Assembly: GCA_026707585.1 (NCBI GenBank)
Contig: JAPOWQ010000049.1
Coordinates: 25,845-89,844, forward strand
Length of the DNA stretch: 64,000 bases
Reading direction: 5' to 3'
DNA from: Chloroflexota bacterium
GTDB lineage: Bacteria > Chloroflexota > UBA11872
Part shown: positions 63,692 to 64,000 of the stretch, piece after piece
Position numbering within the stretch: position 1 is the first letter of the stretch
Layout of the letters: the number at the start of each line of letters is the position of its first letter
Notes under the pieces: generated by a model
Database searches by the model: none
The model's input: only the letters and a program-made list of their open reading frames with translations
What the model was told of the DNA's origin: nothing
Position numbers and translations under genes: made by a program

Positions 63692-64000
63692 ATGGCAACG
63701 GCGCCGCTGAGAGTTGGGTTTGTGGGTTGTGGTGGGATTTCCCGCCTGTACACGGACATCTACCTCGGGCTACACGAACTGGCGCACGTGGTCGCCGTAG
63801 CCGACCTGGTGCCGGAGTTGGCACGCGATCGGGCCGAGGGGCTGACGCACGGCTATCGGGCCGAGGCCGCACGTGAACATGCAATCGCCACGGGTGCCCG
63901 CAGCGACGCCGAGCGTGACGAGGCCCTGGCACGCGCTGAGTCGGCTGAGGATGCGGCCTCAAACGCGATCCAGCGCTTCGCGAGTCACAGCGAGTTGCTT
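63692..64000 (+). CDS. Gfo/Idh/MocA family oxidoreductase, N-terminal part (runs off the window end)
   Basis: 'LRVGFVGCGGISRLYTDIY...VVAVADL' Rossmann N-terminus. No stop before position 64000. Confidence 0.65.
   Translation, partial: MATAPLRVGFVGCGGISRLYTDIYLGLHELAHVVAVADLVPELARDRAEGLTHGYRAEAAREHAIATGARSDAERDEALARAESAEDAASNAIQRFASHSELL

Overview
High-GC (~68%) bacterial chromosomal segment. It is densely packed with housekeeping genes on both strands, with many GTG starts and 1-4 nt gene overlaps. Lineage cannot be fixed from sequence alone; the gene content looks Chloroflexota/Thermomicrobia-like or actinobacterial. Identified genes include a partial MutS2, an ABC exporter pair, an Fe-S cluster assembly locus (SufR-like regulator, cysteine desulfurase, A-type carrier), a sigma-70 factor, NadA, a phosphofructokinase with the PPi-type signature, FtsY, sugar-nucleotide and glycosyltransferase genes, tRNA-Leu(UAA), ClpC, ComF, AccD-AccA, NrdR, an argC-argJ-argB-argD-argH cluster, UppP, a membrane H+-pyrophosphatase, HisC-like and class III aminotransferases, a GyrB/ParE-family topoisomerase subunit, PlsX, a PduO-type corrinoid adenosyltransferase and a bifunctional sugar-1-P nucleotidyltransferase/phosphomannomutase. 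The standout is at 5468-5974: a thioredoxin-fold redoxin gene that the ORF caller splits because an in-frame TGA sits exactly at the first Cys of the W-C-x-x-C active site (W-TGA-P-N-C). GC-rich hairpins lie directly downstream of the TGA. This fits a selenocysteine-containing redoxin with a bacterial SECIS element. Other notable items are an NrdR with a tandemly duplicated zinc ribbon, a secreted glycoside hydrolase fused to a CxxCH haem-c motif and a CarbopepD_reg domain, and a lower-GC structured intergenic region upstream of the topoisomerase gene. No CRISPR array, IS element or clear phage/defence island was seen.
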